Below, one piece after another: positions 24,240-34,042 of a DNA stretch of 64,000 bases. The stretch spans positions 128,001 through 192,000 of IMG/VR virus record IMGVR_UViG_3300009431_000002. The stretch is one strand, 5' to 3'. The notes below the pieces were generated by a model. The model did not search any database, was not told the DNA's origin, and saw only the letters and a program-made list of their open reading frames with translations. Positions within the stretch are counted from its first letter, which is position 1; every line of letters begins with the position of its first letter. Position numbers and translations under genes: made by a program. This stretch comes from a virus (lineage: Duplodnaviria; Caudoviricetes).

Positions 24240-25178
24240 CTACGCCCTCCTCTCGGCCGAAGGCGCGAAGAGCGTGGTGCTGGGCGTCGTCGCCCCCGAG
24301 GGCGTGGGCGGCGGCCGCAGGGACTGCTGCCTGCGCTTGTGGTAGCCCAGCAGCTTGTCGATGCCCTTGCCCAGCGTGCCCATCGACCTGGAGCCGACCT
24401 CCCAGCCCGCGATGGATCCCCCGAAGCCGGTGGGCATCCCCGCGACCATGCCGGCGTGACCGCCGAGGTGCTGCAGCGCTCGTTCTGCGTGGCCCCGCGG
24501 CTTCCCGCCACCGAAGGCGTGCGGGTCGTCGCGCTTGACGATGTGAGGGGAGAAGGCTCCGCCGAAGCCCGCCAGCATGGACTTGCCTCCCACCGGCGCG
24601 TACTTGGTCAGCTCGCCGGACCCAGTCCAGCCGCGGCGCGACAGCTCCTCAGCCAGCTCACGAGGCCGGGTCGCCACGTCACGGAGCCGCTGCGACTCGT
24701 CGAAGAGGTGACTCGTCTCGGCGTGGGGCCGCACGGCCTTGGCTTGCTCCCCCATCGCGCGCCGAGTGCCCGAGCCGCCGGCCCACTCCGGTGCGTACCA
24801 CCTGTAGGCGCCCTCGGCCTTCCGGGTCTCCTTCATACCCTCCTGCAGCGCCTTGTGCGCGGCGGGGTCACCCCTGACGGCCTGCATGATGTCCTCGGGC
24901 AGGCCCTTGGTCTTGGCGTAGCTGGCCCAGTCGTCGAACCCGGCCCGGCGGGCCTCGAGCATCAGCCGCTGCGTGGCCCCCTCCACCGGGCTGAGGTGCT
25001 CCCAGCCCCGACGAAGGATCTGTCCCGTGCGGCGCGGGTCGAAGGTCTTGGCGGCGGTGGCGGTGCCGTGCGCCGCGGAGGTGAGCTGGTTGAGGAGGAA
25101 GCGAAGCGGGTTGGCCTGCTTCTCCAGCTCGTCCTCGAACGCATCCAGTCGAGCTGGCGTCAGGGCGCGAGAAGCCAT
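24240..25178 (-). CDS. Gly/Ala-rich protein with AFEDELEKQA motif, probable virion-internal (start re-called at 25178)
   Basis: MASRALTPARLDAFEDELEKQANP; Gly-rich hydrophobic C-terminal segments. Confidence 0.62.
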   Translation of the reverse strand: MASRALTPARLDAFEDELEKQANPLRFLLNQLTSAAHGTATAAKTFDPRRTGQILRRGWEHLSPVEGATQRLMLEARRAGFDDWASYAKTKGLPEDIMQAVRGDPAAHKALQEGMKETRKAEGAYRWYAPEWAGGSGTRRAMGEQAKAVRPHAETSHLFDESQRLRDVATRPRELAEELSRRGWTGSGELTKYAPVGGKSMLAGFGGAFSPHIVKRDDPHAFGGGKPRGHAERALQHLGGHAGMVAGMPTGFGGSIAGWEVGSRSMGTLGKGIDKLLGYHKRRQQSLRPPPTPSGATTPSTTLFAPSAERRA

Positions 25179-26041
25179 GGCCGCATCATCTCCATCTGTT
25201 GGGCCAGCTGGCGCCGGCGCAGCTTCATGTACTCCCGCGCCCGCAACACTCTGGCCACGCATCGATCCACCTGGGTCTCCCCCAGATCTACTTGGTCCAG
25301 GCCCTTACCGGCAACTGATTCGTACCGCTCCTTGACCGGCCGGTAGTCGTTGATGAAGTAGCGCTCGACCTTCCCGTGCCCCAGCTTCTTCGCCGGCGAG
25401 TCCGCCGTGGGCTTGCCATCGAGGTTGTGCTCACCTCGGAAGCGCTTGGCGCAGACGTCACACGTGTCGTCCTCGAGGTCGTCCTCGTCCTCGTTGCCGC
25501 AGCTGGTACACCTGTACATCGGCCGCGCGGCCAGCCGCTGTGCGAAGTCCAACGGCGGCGGGAGGAACCACACGCCGTCCGACAGCGCGGCCGCGGCGAC
25601 GAACCGGGCCACCTCGTCCGAGAACTTCCGGCCGTCCACACTCTCCATCATGTCCACGCCGGCCGCCAGCGCGTCGAAGGAGGGCTGCTGGATGATGTCG
25701 AACCTCGGGATGTTGTTGTTCAGCGCCTGGATGGTGGGGACGAAGGCGTCCCAGCTGATCCAGCAGGCGTCCGTGGCGTGCAGCGTCTTCACCGCCATGA
25801 TCTTGTTGCGGTTCAGCTCGCTGATCTCCAGCTGTCCACCGCCGAGCAGAGCCTGCCCGAAGTACCGCTTGATGCCGTCCCACACAGCCTCCGGCACCCA
25901 CTCCCACCAGTCCTTCCCGAAGGCGGTGACGATGACGGCGTCGAGGACCAAGGGGTGTGCGTCGTGGTGGCGAAAGAGCGTGGCTGGCCGAATGTCGTCC
26001 GGCTGGGTGGTCAAAGCGGTGGCCGGGGACGCATCAGCCAT
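25160..26041 (-). CDS. Hypothetical protein with zinc ribbon (CTSC...CDVC)
   Basis: GC3-rich ORF whose start overlaps the upstream gene's 3' end. Confidence 0.68.
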   Translation of the reverse strand: MADASPATALTTQPDDIRPATLFRHHDAHPLVLDAVIVTAFGKDWWEWVPEAVWDGIKRYFGQALLGGGQLEISELNRNKIMAVKTLHATDACWISWDAFVPTIQALNNNIPRFDIIQQPSFDALAAGVDMMESVDGRKFSDEVARFVAAAALSDGVWFLPPPLDFAQRLAARPMYRCTSCGNEDEDDLEDDTCDVCAKRFRGEHNLDGKPTADSPAKKLGHGKVERYFINDYRPVKERYESVAGKGLDQVDLGETQVDRCVARVLRAREYMKLRRRQLAQQMEMMRPWLLAP

Positions 26042-27128
26042 GCGCAATCGTCTGCATGCCGACAGGGCTGTGGCCCGTGTCCGAGGCCAGCCGGGCGAGC
26101 GTGACCTTGTTGATGTCGGGCAGCGACTTGAACACGGAGACGGGGTCCTTGGCGAACTGCGTGGCGAAGTCGTCGCCGAAGTGGTCCTTGAGCAGCTGCC
26201 GATTGGCAGACAGGAGCCGCAGGTCGGCCTCGGTCACGCGCTCGGCGCCCTCCACCCACACGAAGTCCTCGGCGGTCTTCTCGAAGCAGGTGGAGACGGG
26301 GTCCAGCACGTGCTGGTCCCAGAGGTGGTCGAGGCCCGTCTGCTCGTCGAACAGCGTCAGGGCCGTGGCGAGCTTCTCGGGGTTGGCGCGTTCGTCGCCG
26401 GCGGACTTCACGAGGACGTCGAGCACCGGGTGCATGCTGGCCGGCACGTACTGGCGCCGCGCCTCGATGTACATACCGGCGTCGGGAGCGAGCGCGGTGC
26501 CGGCGTACTTCTCGATGTCGTGCGATGGCACGGGGATCCCCAGGTCGGCGGCGCGGGACGCCAGCTTCGTGGCGAACTCGCGGCGGTCGTTGGGATGGAA
26601 GCGCAGCATGTTCTCCCGGAAGAAGCCCATGCCGGCGGCGACCTCCTCGTAGGAGCGCAGCGGGTACTTGCCGAGGGCCACGCAGTCCGCTTCGGCCAGC
26701 TTCTCCTGCTCCATCACCGGCGCAGTGGCCAGCACGGAGTCCACGACCTCGGCCGTCTTCACGCCATCGGCGGTGAGGGCCAGCCCGATCTTCACCAGAT
26801 CCAGCGGGACCTGCATCTGGTGGGCCTCGTGGGCGTCGATCAGGTTGTTCACGACCTGCAGCTGGGCCTCCTTGGACAGGTGGCCCCGCTGGGACAGGAA
26901 GTAATGGGCGGACATCCATGTATTGCCGGGGTCGATGGTGGCATACTTGCAGAACAGGTTGCCGTCGACGGACGCGACGAGCGCGAAGTTCTTGGCCGGC
27001 AGAGCCTGACGCTCCTCGGGAGACAGGAAGGCTGCCGTCTTGGCCATGTCGGGGAGTTGGTCCTGGGGGACGGTACTGGCGAGCAGCGCCGCCTGGTCGT
27101 CATAGACGTCGAGGATCAATCCAGACAT
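26034..27128 (-). CDS. Hypothetical protein with many KxA motifs, probable head morphogenesis protein
   Basis: RBS AGGAG; motifs AKTAA, VKTAE, EKLAE, TKLAS, EKYAG, VKSAG, EKLAT, EKTAE. Confidence 0.65.
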   Translation of the reverse strand: MSGLILDVYDDQAALLASTVPQDQLPDMAKTAAFLSPEERQALPAKNFALVASVDGNLFCKYATIDPGNTWMSAHYFLSQRGHLSKEAQLQVVNNLIDAHEAHQMQVPLDLVKIGLALTADGVKTAEVVDSVLATAPVMEQEKLAEADCVALGKYPLRSYEEVAAGMGFFRENMLRFHPNDRREFATKLASRAADLGIPVPSHDIEKYAGTALAPDAGMYIEARRQYVPASMHPVLDVLVKSAGDERANPEKLATALTLFDEQTGLDHLWDQHVLDPVSTCFEKTAEDFVWVEGAERVTEADLRLLSANRQLLKDHFGDDFATQFAKDPVSVFKSLPDINKVTLARLASDTGHSPVGMQTIAHG

Positions 27129-27160
27129 GGAGACTCCTGTGAATGAGGCGGTCCAGTGGA

Positions 27161-27190
27161 ATCGTAGGCCCCTGCGCGCACGCGAGTCAA
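27161..27190 (-). promoter_or_regulatory. Sigma70-like promoter for the minus-strand operon
   Basis: Minus strand reads TTGACT-N18-TACGAT; the -10 box ends 32 nt before ATG 27128. Confidence 0.5.
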
Positions 27191-27212
27191 GTGCAACGTC
27201 TCCCGGGAAGCC

Positions 27213-27228
27213 GGCATAAGAAAAGCAG
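27213..27228 (+). promoter_or_regulatory. Candidate promoter motif copy 3 (GGCATAAG-AAAA-GCAG)
   Basis: Divergent intergenic gap ahead of the replication operon (RBS GAGGAGG, ATG 27259). Confidence 0.45.
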
Positions 27229-27258
27229 ATTGTAATCTGAAACCCTGCTCCGAGGAGG

Positions 27259-27645
27259 ATGCCTATCGTGACCCGAGCAGCCGCGAGAGCGATTCGTTAC
27301 TCAGACCTTGCGCCGTCACCGACGACGTACCCCCGCAACCGCCCGCCGTGTTTCGGCAAGCAGTACGACCCAGCCGACGCCGAGTGCCGGCACCAGTGCT
27401 CCCACAAGAGCGCCTGTGCCCCGATCTTCCGCCAGACCCACGGGGTCCGCGTCCCCGCAACCACCACCAGCTCCGCCGTGGCGGACCGAGAGCAGACCGA
27501 GCTCCCGGAGTACACGGAGGTCGCTGCCCCCGACGAGAGCTTCTGGGCGAAGCTCGCCTTCAACTCCGCCCTGCAGGCTGTGGAGTCCGTGGTCCACGAG
27601 ATGCACTACGCCATCCGCTCCGTCCCGAGGAAGGAGTACTTCTGA
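27259..27645 (+). CDS. Hypothetical Cys4 protein
   Basis: PCFGKQYDPADAECRHQCSHKSAC; strong RBS. Confidence 0.7.
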   Translation: MPIVTRAAARAIRYSDLAPSPTTYPRNRPPCFGKQYDPADAECRHQCSHKSACAPIFRQTHGVRVPATTTSSAVADREQTELPEYTEVAAPDESFWAKLAFNSALQAVESVVHEMHYAIRSVPRKEYF

Positions 27646-28043
27646 TGGCCATGCTCAGCGTGGGCCAGACGTTCAAGCGATACCGCGAGCGCGCCAGGTT
27701 CAGCAGCTGTGCCGCCGTGGCTGGCCCCATGGGCATCTCGGGTGAGTACATCCGGCAGATCGAGAAGAAGGGGAAGATCCCCAGCGACAAGGTCGTGAAC
27801 AGCTTCATCGAGGTCTGCCGGATGCCGACCGAGGCTGCCGACGCCCTGCGGAAGGCGGTCGTCGCCGCCCGCCTCAAGCGCACACACGGCCGCAACCTCA
27901 CCCATTTCAAGGGTGCGGACCAGGTGGCCTCCGGCGTCTGCGACGACCTCCGGGAACTGCTCGACAAGATGGGGCTCATCGAAGAGGATGTGGACGCCAT
28001 CCTCGAGACCGCTCGTCAGGGGATCGTATCGAGGCTCCGGTGA
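27645..28043 (+). CDS. XRE/Cro-family HTH transcriptional regulator
   Basis: VGQTFKRYRERARFSSCAAVAGPMGISGEYIRQIEKKGKIPS; TGATG coupling to the upstream gene. Confidence 0.72.
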   Translation: MAMLSVGQTFKRYRERARFSSCAAVAGPMGISGEYIRQIEKKGKIPSDKVVNSFIEVCRMPTEAADALRKAVVAARLKRTHGRNLTHFKGADQVASGVCDDLRELLDKMGLIEEDVDAILETARQGIVSRLR

Positions 28044-29425
28044 TCCAGTTCCACAGGCTCGACCGAGACAAAGCGTACCGGGAATCCATGCTCTGGGTGC
28101 CCAAGTACCTCGTGCCCGTGGAGACCCTGGAGGCCTCGCTGACCTACTGGTTCACCGAGACCGACGACGAGGGCAACTCCTTCGTCGCCAAGCTGGAGTG
28201 CTGGGCGGAAGAGGCTCGGCACTTCGTGCTGCCGCGGGAGTTCCCGCAGGAAGAGGTCCCCTGCGAGGTCGTCGACCTCTCTCCACGCACCGAGCGCGTC
28301 ACGTTCAACGACGACATCGCTCCCCGCGACGACGTACAGGTCGAGGCCATGGCGGCGATGCGCGGAGCCCAGACAGGCATCCTCAACCTCGGCTGCGGCC
28401 GGGGCAAGACCGTCGTCGCTCTGGAGCGCATCGCCCGCGGCGGCGGACCCGGGCTCGTCGTGGTCAACAACACCGGCATCCAGGCGCAGTGGCGCAAGGA
28501 GGCACGCGCCCGGCTCCGACTCCCGGCGGCCGACATCGGCATGGTCGGCGGGGACAGCCCCAAACGCAACGAGCTGCTCGAGTGGATGAAGCCGCTGGTC
28601 CTCGTGACCGTCCAGACCCTGTGGCGTCGCATCGTCGAGGGCCGCGTCCCTGAGACCGTCCGTCGGCGGTTCACGACGGTGGCGTTCGACGAGGCCCACC
28701 ACATGAGCGCGCCGAAGTTCAACATCGCCAGCGGCTTCTTCACCGGCGACCGCTTCGGCCTGACGGCCACGGCTCAGCGCACCGACGGCAACGAGAGGTT
28801 CTACCTCTACCACCTGGGGCAGGTCCTCTACCGGAACATGGAGGTGGACGTACCGCCCATCTGCTACTTCGCCCACACGGGCATCGCGCCGACCGTCGCA
28901 GAGCGGAACAGGTTCTTCGTCAACGACATGGTGAACATCGGCCGCGTCCGTGAGTGGCAGGCCAAGAACGCGCGACGCAACACCATGATCGCCAGGCTGG
29001 CGAAAGACGCGGTGGGCGGCGGCAACAAGGTGATCGCCCTCACCCACAACAAGAAGGATCACATCCCGCGGCTGAAGAAGAAGCTGCCGGAGTCTGGGGA
29101 GGTGACCGGGAACGTCAAGGGCGAGGCGCGACTGGTGAATCTGCACGGGAACGACGTGGTCGTCGGGACGGTGCAGGCTGCACAGGAGGCGCTGGACAAG
29201 CCGGAGCTGAACGTCGGCATCTGGTGCACCACCTTCCCCAACGAGAACGAGTTTCAGCAGGGGACCGGCCGTCTGGCTCGCCAGTACCCCGGGAAGGACG
29301 TGGCCAAGGCCATCTTCCTGGTGGACGACGTCCCCATCTGCCACGACCACGCCCGCAAGCTGGAGCGATACGCCCGCAAGCGGGGATACCGAACCGAACA
29401 CTTCAAGCTGGAGGACATCGCATGA
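28040..29425 (+). CDS. Superfamily 2 DEAH helicase (UvsW/XPB-like)
   Basis: PRDDVQ, GILNLGCGRGKT, LVVVNN, FDEAHH, GLTATAQRTDG, FQQGTGRLAR. Confidence 0.88.
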   Translation: MIQFHRLDRDKAYRESMLWVPKYLVPVETLEASLTYWFTETDDEGNSFVAKLECWAEEARHFVLPREFPQEEVPCEVVDLSPRTERVTFNDDIAPRDDVQVEAMAAMRGAQTGILNLGCGRGKTVVALERIARGGGPGLVVVNNTGIQAQWRKEARARLRLPAADIGMVGGDSPKRNELLEWMKPLVLVTVQTLWRRIVEGRVPETVRRRFTTVAFDEAHHMSAPKFNIASGFFTGDRFGLTATAQRTDGNERFYLYHLGQVLYRNMEVDVPPICYFAHTGIAPTVAERNRFFVNDMVNIGRVREWQAKNARRNTMIARLAKDAVGGGNKVIALTHNKKDHIPRLKKKLPESGEVTGNVKGEARLVNLHGNDVVVGTVQAAQEALDKPELNVGIWCTTFPNENEFQQGTGRLARQYPGKDVAKAIFLVDDVPICHDHARKLERYARKRGYRTEHFKLEDIA

Positions 29426-29913
29426 ACAAACCCGTCAAGATCCACACCGCCGGCCCCAATGAGAAGCAGGCCGAGTTCCGCAGGGAGCTGGAGGAGCTCT
29501 ACGAGAAGGCCGAGGGCGACCACCTCATCCTCATGTACGCCCACCCGACCGCCGCCTACATGGGCCGCCGTACGAACTCCGTGACCGACACGGTCGTCAA
29601 GCTCGAGAACGTCTGCTCCGTGCTCACGGCTCGCGTCCCGCAGGGCGGCGCCCTCGTCGGGACGGGCAAGCCGCAGATGGGCCGGGCGCTGGTGATCGAG
29701 CCCCCCGCCGGCGGCGAGCTGGGCATGGTCGAGAAGATGACGTTCCCCACGAGCATGCCCATCGCCGAGCTCCAGAACCTGTCTCCTCGGGACCAGCACC
29801 GGCTGCTGGAGAGCTACCTCGACCTCATCGTGGGGTCCGAGCGGAACCGCGAGACCGCCCTCGGCCCCGACCCCGAGGAGGACGACGGTGAGCCGAGTCC
29901 TGTCGAAGCGTGA
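29422..29913 (+). CDS. Hypothetical protein
   Basis: ATGA coupling, RBS GGAGG, GC3-rich. Confidence 0.68.
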   Translation: MNKPVKIHTAGPNEKQAEFRRELEELYEKAEGDHLILMYAHPTAAYMGRRTNSVTDTVVKLENVCSVLTARVPQGGALVGTGKPQMGRALVIEPPAGGELGMVEKMTFPTSMPIAELQNLSPRDQHRLLESYLDLIVGSERNRETALGPDPEEDDGEPSPVEA

Positions 29914-30742
29914 GCTGCTGACCCGCGACAAGTGGGCCCGCGCCCAGATGGACGCGCTGGAGGAGGAGTACGCGGAGTGCGCGCGCTGCCCCACCATGGT
30001 CGACACCGGATGGTGGACGCGCGGCCACATCGTCTTCGGCGAGGGTGCGGCCAACGCGGACATCTCGGTCTTCGGCATCGCCCCCGGCGAGCAGGAGGAC
30101 GAGACCGGGCTCCCCTTCATCGGCCCCACCGGCCAGTTGCTCGACGACCTGCTCCTGCGGGCCTGTCCCTACAAGGAGCTGGACCCCTACCGTGTCGAGC
30201 GCAACCTGAACAGAGGGGAGTGGCGCGAGGTGCGCCAGATCCTCGTGGAGAAGGAGCGGCTCTTCTACTCCAACGTCACCCTCTGTCGTCCGGTCAAGCA
30301 AGAATACAACGACCGGAAGGACGTGATGGAGCTGCGCAACCGTGACCCGTCCAAGGTGGAGTACGACAACTGCGCCGAGCGGCTGCGCGAGACCTTGTAC
30401 ATCAACGACCCCTTCCTCGTGATCGCCCTCGGAGGTGTCGCGCTCACCGCGCTGATGGCACTGGACGAACGCGTGGCCCGCTCCAAGAAGTTCAGCGTCC
30501 TCGACCTGCTGGGCGAGGTCCTCGAGCTCCAGATCCCAGGGGTCATCCGGCCCGTCCGCTACCCGCTCCTGGTGCTTCCGCACCCAGCCTTCCTGCTGCG
30601 CAAGTGGGATCCCAGAGAGCGCCGAGGCTTCGTCCAACGCACCCAGCAGGGCCTCAAGCGAGGTCTTCGCATCGTCGACACCGCAAGACACGAAACGATG
30701 GGGACGGCTGTCCCCGAACGCACAGAGAAGAAACGGAGGTGA
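29888..30742 (+). CDS. Uracil-DNA glycosylase superfamily protein (family 4-like, Fe-S)
   Basis: CARC, IVFGEG, GIAPGEQEDETGLPFIGPTGQLLD, YSNVTLCRP, DNC, LVIALG, HPAFLLR. Confidence 0.85.
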   Translation: MSRVLSKRELLTRDKWARAQMDALEEEYAECARCPTMVDTGWWTRGHIVFGEGAANADISVFGIAPGEQEDETGLPFIGPTGQLLDDLLLRACPYKELDPYRVERNLNRGEWREVRQILVEKERLFYSNVTLCRPVKQEYNDRKDVMELRNRDPSKVEYDNCAERLRETLYINDPFLVIALGGVALTALMALDERVARSKKFSVLDLLGEVLELQIPGVIRPVRYPLLVLPHPAFLLRKWDPRERRGFVQRTQQGLKRGLRIVDTARHETMGTAVPERTEKKRR

Positions 30743-30744
30743 AT

Positions 30745-31200
30745 ATGAGCGAGGTCGGAGCTCAGCTCATGGAGGCGGCGCACCGCGCCATCGAGAAGTT
30801 CGAGGAGGCGGACCGCCTGTACACGGATACCCTGGCGGAGCTGGAGGAGGAGGACCCCGAGGGGTTCCAGGAGCTCTACCGCTGCCTCGAGGAGCGCAAC
30901 ACCGCGGTCACGGTCGCCCGCGCGGCCGTCCGCAAGGCCAAGACCAAGGTCGGCAAGTTCCGCGTCGTCGTCAACCGCGGCGTCGAGTTCGACGTTGACG
31001 CCTTCATCGAGATGGCCAAGAAGCTGGGCATCTACGAGGAGCTGGTCGACGCCGGCGCCGTCAAGACCACCATCAACCAGACCACGCTCAAGAAGAACGT
31101 CACGGAGGACCAGCTGCAGCGCCTCAAGGAGGGCTGCGGCAAGGTCATCGAGAAGAGCGTCTCCGTGTACGGACCCAAGGAGCTGGGGACGCTGAAGTGA
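30745..31200 (+). CDS. Hypothetical coiled-coil protein
   Basis: RBS GGAGG, ATG 30745, strong GC3 bias. Confidence 0.7.
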   Translation: MSEVGAQLMEAAHRAIEKFEEADRLYTDTLAELEEEDPEGFQELYRCLEERNTAVTVARAAVRKAKTKVGKFRVVVNRGVEFDVDAFIEMAKKLGIYEELVDAGAVKTTINQTTLKKNVTEDQLQRLKEGCGKVIEKSVSVYGPKELGTLK

Positions 31201-31595
31201 CGGGCAGCCACATCGTCCGGCGCCGGCTGGAGTTCTCGATGGAGCGCTACGCAGTGCTCCACTCAGACGCCGCGCCGGTGCGGGACGTGTGGGAGGGCCC
31301 CGAACTTCCGTTCCCGGAGGAGATCCTGGACATGATCGACAACCTCGTGACGACCGAGAACCCCGGGCGGATGACGCTCGGGTCCAACCTGGACTTCAAG
31401 GAGTTCGGCTCCGGCTTCGGCGCCCACGTCTCCCTGTCCTTCGACATCGACCAGACCACCGAGGCCGCCGAGACGGCGCGCGAGCGGGTCGGCGAGTTCC
31501 TCGTCGGGCTCGTCGCCGAGCAGACCGTGGAGGCCCAGCACATGTGGGAGGACCTGAAGTCCGGAGCCCAGGCAACGCTGAAGGCCAGCACGTAG
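31197..31595 (+). CDS. Hypothetical protein
   Basis: GTGA coupling, GC3-rich. Confidence 0.68.
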   Translation: MTGSHIVRRRLEFSMERYAVLHSDAAPVRDVWEGPELPFPEEILDMIDNLVTTENPGRMTLGSNLDFKEFGSGFGAHVSLSFDIDQTTEAAETARERVGEFLVGLVAEQTVEAQHMWEDLKSGAQATLKAST

Positions 31596-31619
31596 CGGTG
31601 ACTGCACCGCGGAGGCGCC

Positions 31620-32978
31620 ATGGCGCACCCTGAGATCATCCTGCTCACGCAGATCATCGAGGACGGCAACTACCAAATCCTCAAGGACAACGACGTCGAC
31701 GTCACCTACTTCACTACGCAGGAGGGGCGCGCCGTCTACCGACTGCTGACCAAGCGGTTCCACAACCGCACGACCTACGGCACCGTCCCCTCCATGGACC
31801 TCGTCCGACACACGGTCCAGGGGTTCCGGCCGGTCTCGACCGGCGACGACGTCGACATGCTGGTCGAGGACCTGCTGGCGTCGAAGCTGCGCAACGATCT
31901 GCTGGGGTTGAGCGAGGAGATCACGGACCTGGTCGACCGGGACCAGTCCGAGAAGGCGGTTCGCGCCGTCATCGACGCGTCGACACAACTGGGGAAATCC
32001 AGGGGCGCCTCCCGCGACATCAACCTCGCCAGCGCCATCGAACTGGTCGAGGAGCGCTACGACCTCGTCTCCGATGGACAGGGGATGCTGGGCATCCCGT
32101 TCCCCTGGCAGCCACTGAACGAGGCGACGCTGGGCATGCAGCCCGGCCAGCTGTTCATCATCTACGGCCGGCCCGGCATGATGAAGACGTGGACCGCCAT
32201 CCTCGTCGCGTGCCACGCCTACCTCAGCGCCAACGCACGAGTGCTCTTCTACACCCGGGAGATGACCGAGGTGGAGATCCTCATGCGGATGGCCGCCGTC
32301 ATCGCACGCGTGGACTACAGCCGGTTCCGCAAGGGCCGGTTGCAGCCCGCCGTCCGCGACGAGGTGTTCGAGATCCTCTACGGCCTCCGAGAGGAAGAGG
32401 AGATCATCGCCGAGCGCGACGGCGCCCGCCGCAAGGCCATCGAGATCACGACCGCCGCCGACCTCAAGGACGGCCACACCGTCCGCGGCCTGCGCGAGAA
32501 GGCGTTGGAGTACGACGCCGACATCGTGGTCGCCGACGGCATCTACCGGATGGGCGACGCCCGAACCGGCAAGCACTCCATGGAGTGGACCAACCTGACC
32601 CACGTCAGCCAGGACCTCAAGGAGGGCGCCAAGCGCCTGCGCATCCCCATCGTGGGGGTCACCCAGGCCAACCGCGGCAACGACCTCGCCTTCTCCGACT
32701 CGTTCCTGCAGGAGGCCGACCTCGCGCTGCGATGCGTCCTCAAGGAGAACGAGCTCGTCTACATCAACCGCAAGCTGCGTGAGGACCAGCTGCCTGCGTT
32801 CTCCATCAACGCCTTCCCGGCCACCAACTTCACCCTGAAGGGCCAGCTGAGCGTGGATGACGCGATGGCCCTCCGAACCGCCGACGACCAGGCGGCCCAC
32901 CGCCACGCGCCCAAGGACGGCAAGGACGGCGGCCGCAAGCCCGCAGGGCGCCGGCTCCCGGGAGCGATCCGTCGATGA
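31620..32978 (+). CDS. dnaB: Replicative DNA helicase, DnaB family
   Basis: GIPFPWQPLNEATLGMQPGQLFIIYGRPGMMKT, FYTREM, DIVVADGIY, LKEGAKRLRIPIVGVTQANR, SDSFLQEAD. Confidence 0.88.
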   Translation: MAHPEIILLTQIIEDGNYQILKDNDVDVTYFTTQEGRAVYRLLTKRFHNRTTYGTVPSMDLVRHTVQGFRPVSTGDDVDMLVEDLLASKLRNDLLGLSEEITDLVDRDQSEKAVRAVIDASTQLGKSRGASRDINLASAIELVEERYDLVSDGQGMLGIPFPWQPLNEATLGMQPGQLFIIYGRPGMMKTWTAILVACHAYLSANARVLFYTREMTEVEILMRMAAVIARVDYSRFRKGRLQPAVRDEVFEILYGLREEEEIIAERDGARRKAIEITTAADLKDGHTVRGLREKALEYDADIVVADGIYRMGDARTGKHSMEWTNLTHVSQDLKEGAKRLRIPIVGVTQANRGNDLAFSDSFLQEADLALRCVLKENELVYINRKLREDQLPAFSINAFPATNFTLKGQLSVDDAMALRTADDQAAHRHAPKDGKDGGRKPAGRRLPGAIRR

Positions 32979-34042
32979 CCGTGCGCGGGATGGAGGACAC
33001 TGTCCACGACGCCCTGCAGCGGTACGTGGGTGGACGCATCAAGCCGTCCGGGAACAACCTCCTGGTCAACTGCCCCTTCCATCCCTGGTCTCCGGGCCAG
33101 CACAAGTTCACCCTGTCCGTCAGCGTGGTCCACGGCCAGTGGGTCTGCTTCTCCTGCGGCGAGAGCGGGGGCTTCCCGCGCCTGCTGAAGAAGCTCGAGG
33201 TCCCGGCCAGTGTCCGCGACGACATCCTCGACCCCGTCAAGTACCTCATGCAGCGGCCCACCAAGCCGTCGCTGCCGACCCACCGCGACCCGTTCGCGGC
33301 GGAGCACTCGCTCCCGGAGGCCGTGCTCGGCGTCTACGAGTTCTGCCCCGTCTCGCTGGTCGACGAGGGGTTCGACGAGGTGCTGCTGCAGGACTTCGAC
33401 GTCGGGTACGACTTCTCCCAGGACCGCGTCACGTGGCCTGTGCGGGACCTGTACGGCACGCTCACCGGCATCATGGGCCGCGGCGTGGACGGCACCTACC
33501 CGAAGTACAAGGGCTACAAGCGGGAGGACTACGACGACGAGACGCAGAGCCTCATCCGAGGCTACGAGTTCCGGCGGTCGCTGTTCCTGTGGAACATGGA
33601 CCGCGTGCACGCCAGCCTGTACCCGCGGCGCCACCCGGGCGTCGTCGTCCTCTGCGAGGGGTTCAAGGCTGCGCTGTGGTGCATCCAGCATGGCTTCCAG
33701 CACGCTGTCGCCATCATGGGTGCGCGCATCAGCTTCACCCAGGCCGAGATGCTCCGGCGCCTCGGTGCCGACATCATCATCTTCCTCGACGAGGACGACG
33801 CGGGGGTCAAGGGATCCATCGCCGCGTACGACATGCTCCGGCGGTCCTGCAGGGTGGAGTTCGCCATGTACCCCGAGGAGGCCCACCAGCCGGACGACCT
33901 GGATCCCGACGAACTGCACGACGTACTGAACAACCCGGTCACCCTGAAAGCGTGGCTGGACATCGCCTTCCACAACGAGATGTGGGAGGAGTGGAGGAAC
34001 CGACGATATGAGTTTTCGCAGAAGCGCAGGCGGCGAGCGTAG
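32975..34042 (+). CDS. dnaG: DNA primase (CHC2 zinc finger plus TOPRIM)
   Basis: CPFHP...WVCFSCGESG; RVTWPVRDLYG...GIMGR; VLCEGFKAAL; IFLDEDDAG. Confidence 0.88.
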   Translation: MTVRGMEDTVHDALQRYVGGRIKPSGNNLLVNCPFHPWSPGQHKFTLSVSVVHGQWVCFSCGESGGFPRLLKKLEVPASVRDDILDPVKYLMQRPTKPSLPTHRDPFAAEHSLPEAVLGVYEFCPVSLVDEGFDEVLLQDFDVGYDFSQDRVTWPVRDLYGTLTGIMGRGVDGTYPKYKGYKREDYDDETQSLIRGYEFRRSLFLWNMDRVHASLYPRRHPGVVVLCEGFKAALWCIQHGFQHAVAIMGARISFTQAEMLRRLGADIIIFLDEDDAGVKGSIAAYDMLRRSCRVEFAMYPEEAHQPDDLDPDELHDVLNNPVTLKAWLDIAFHNEMWEEWRNRRYEFSQKRRRRA

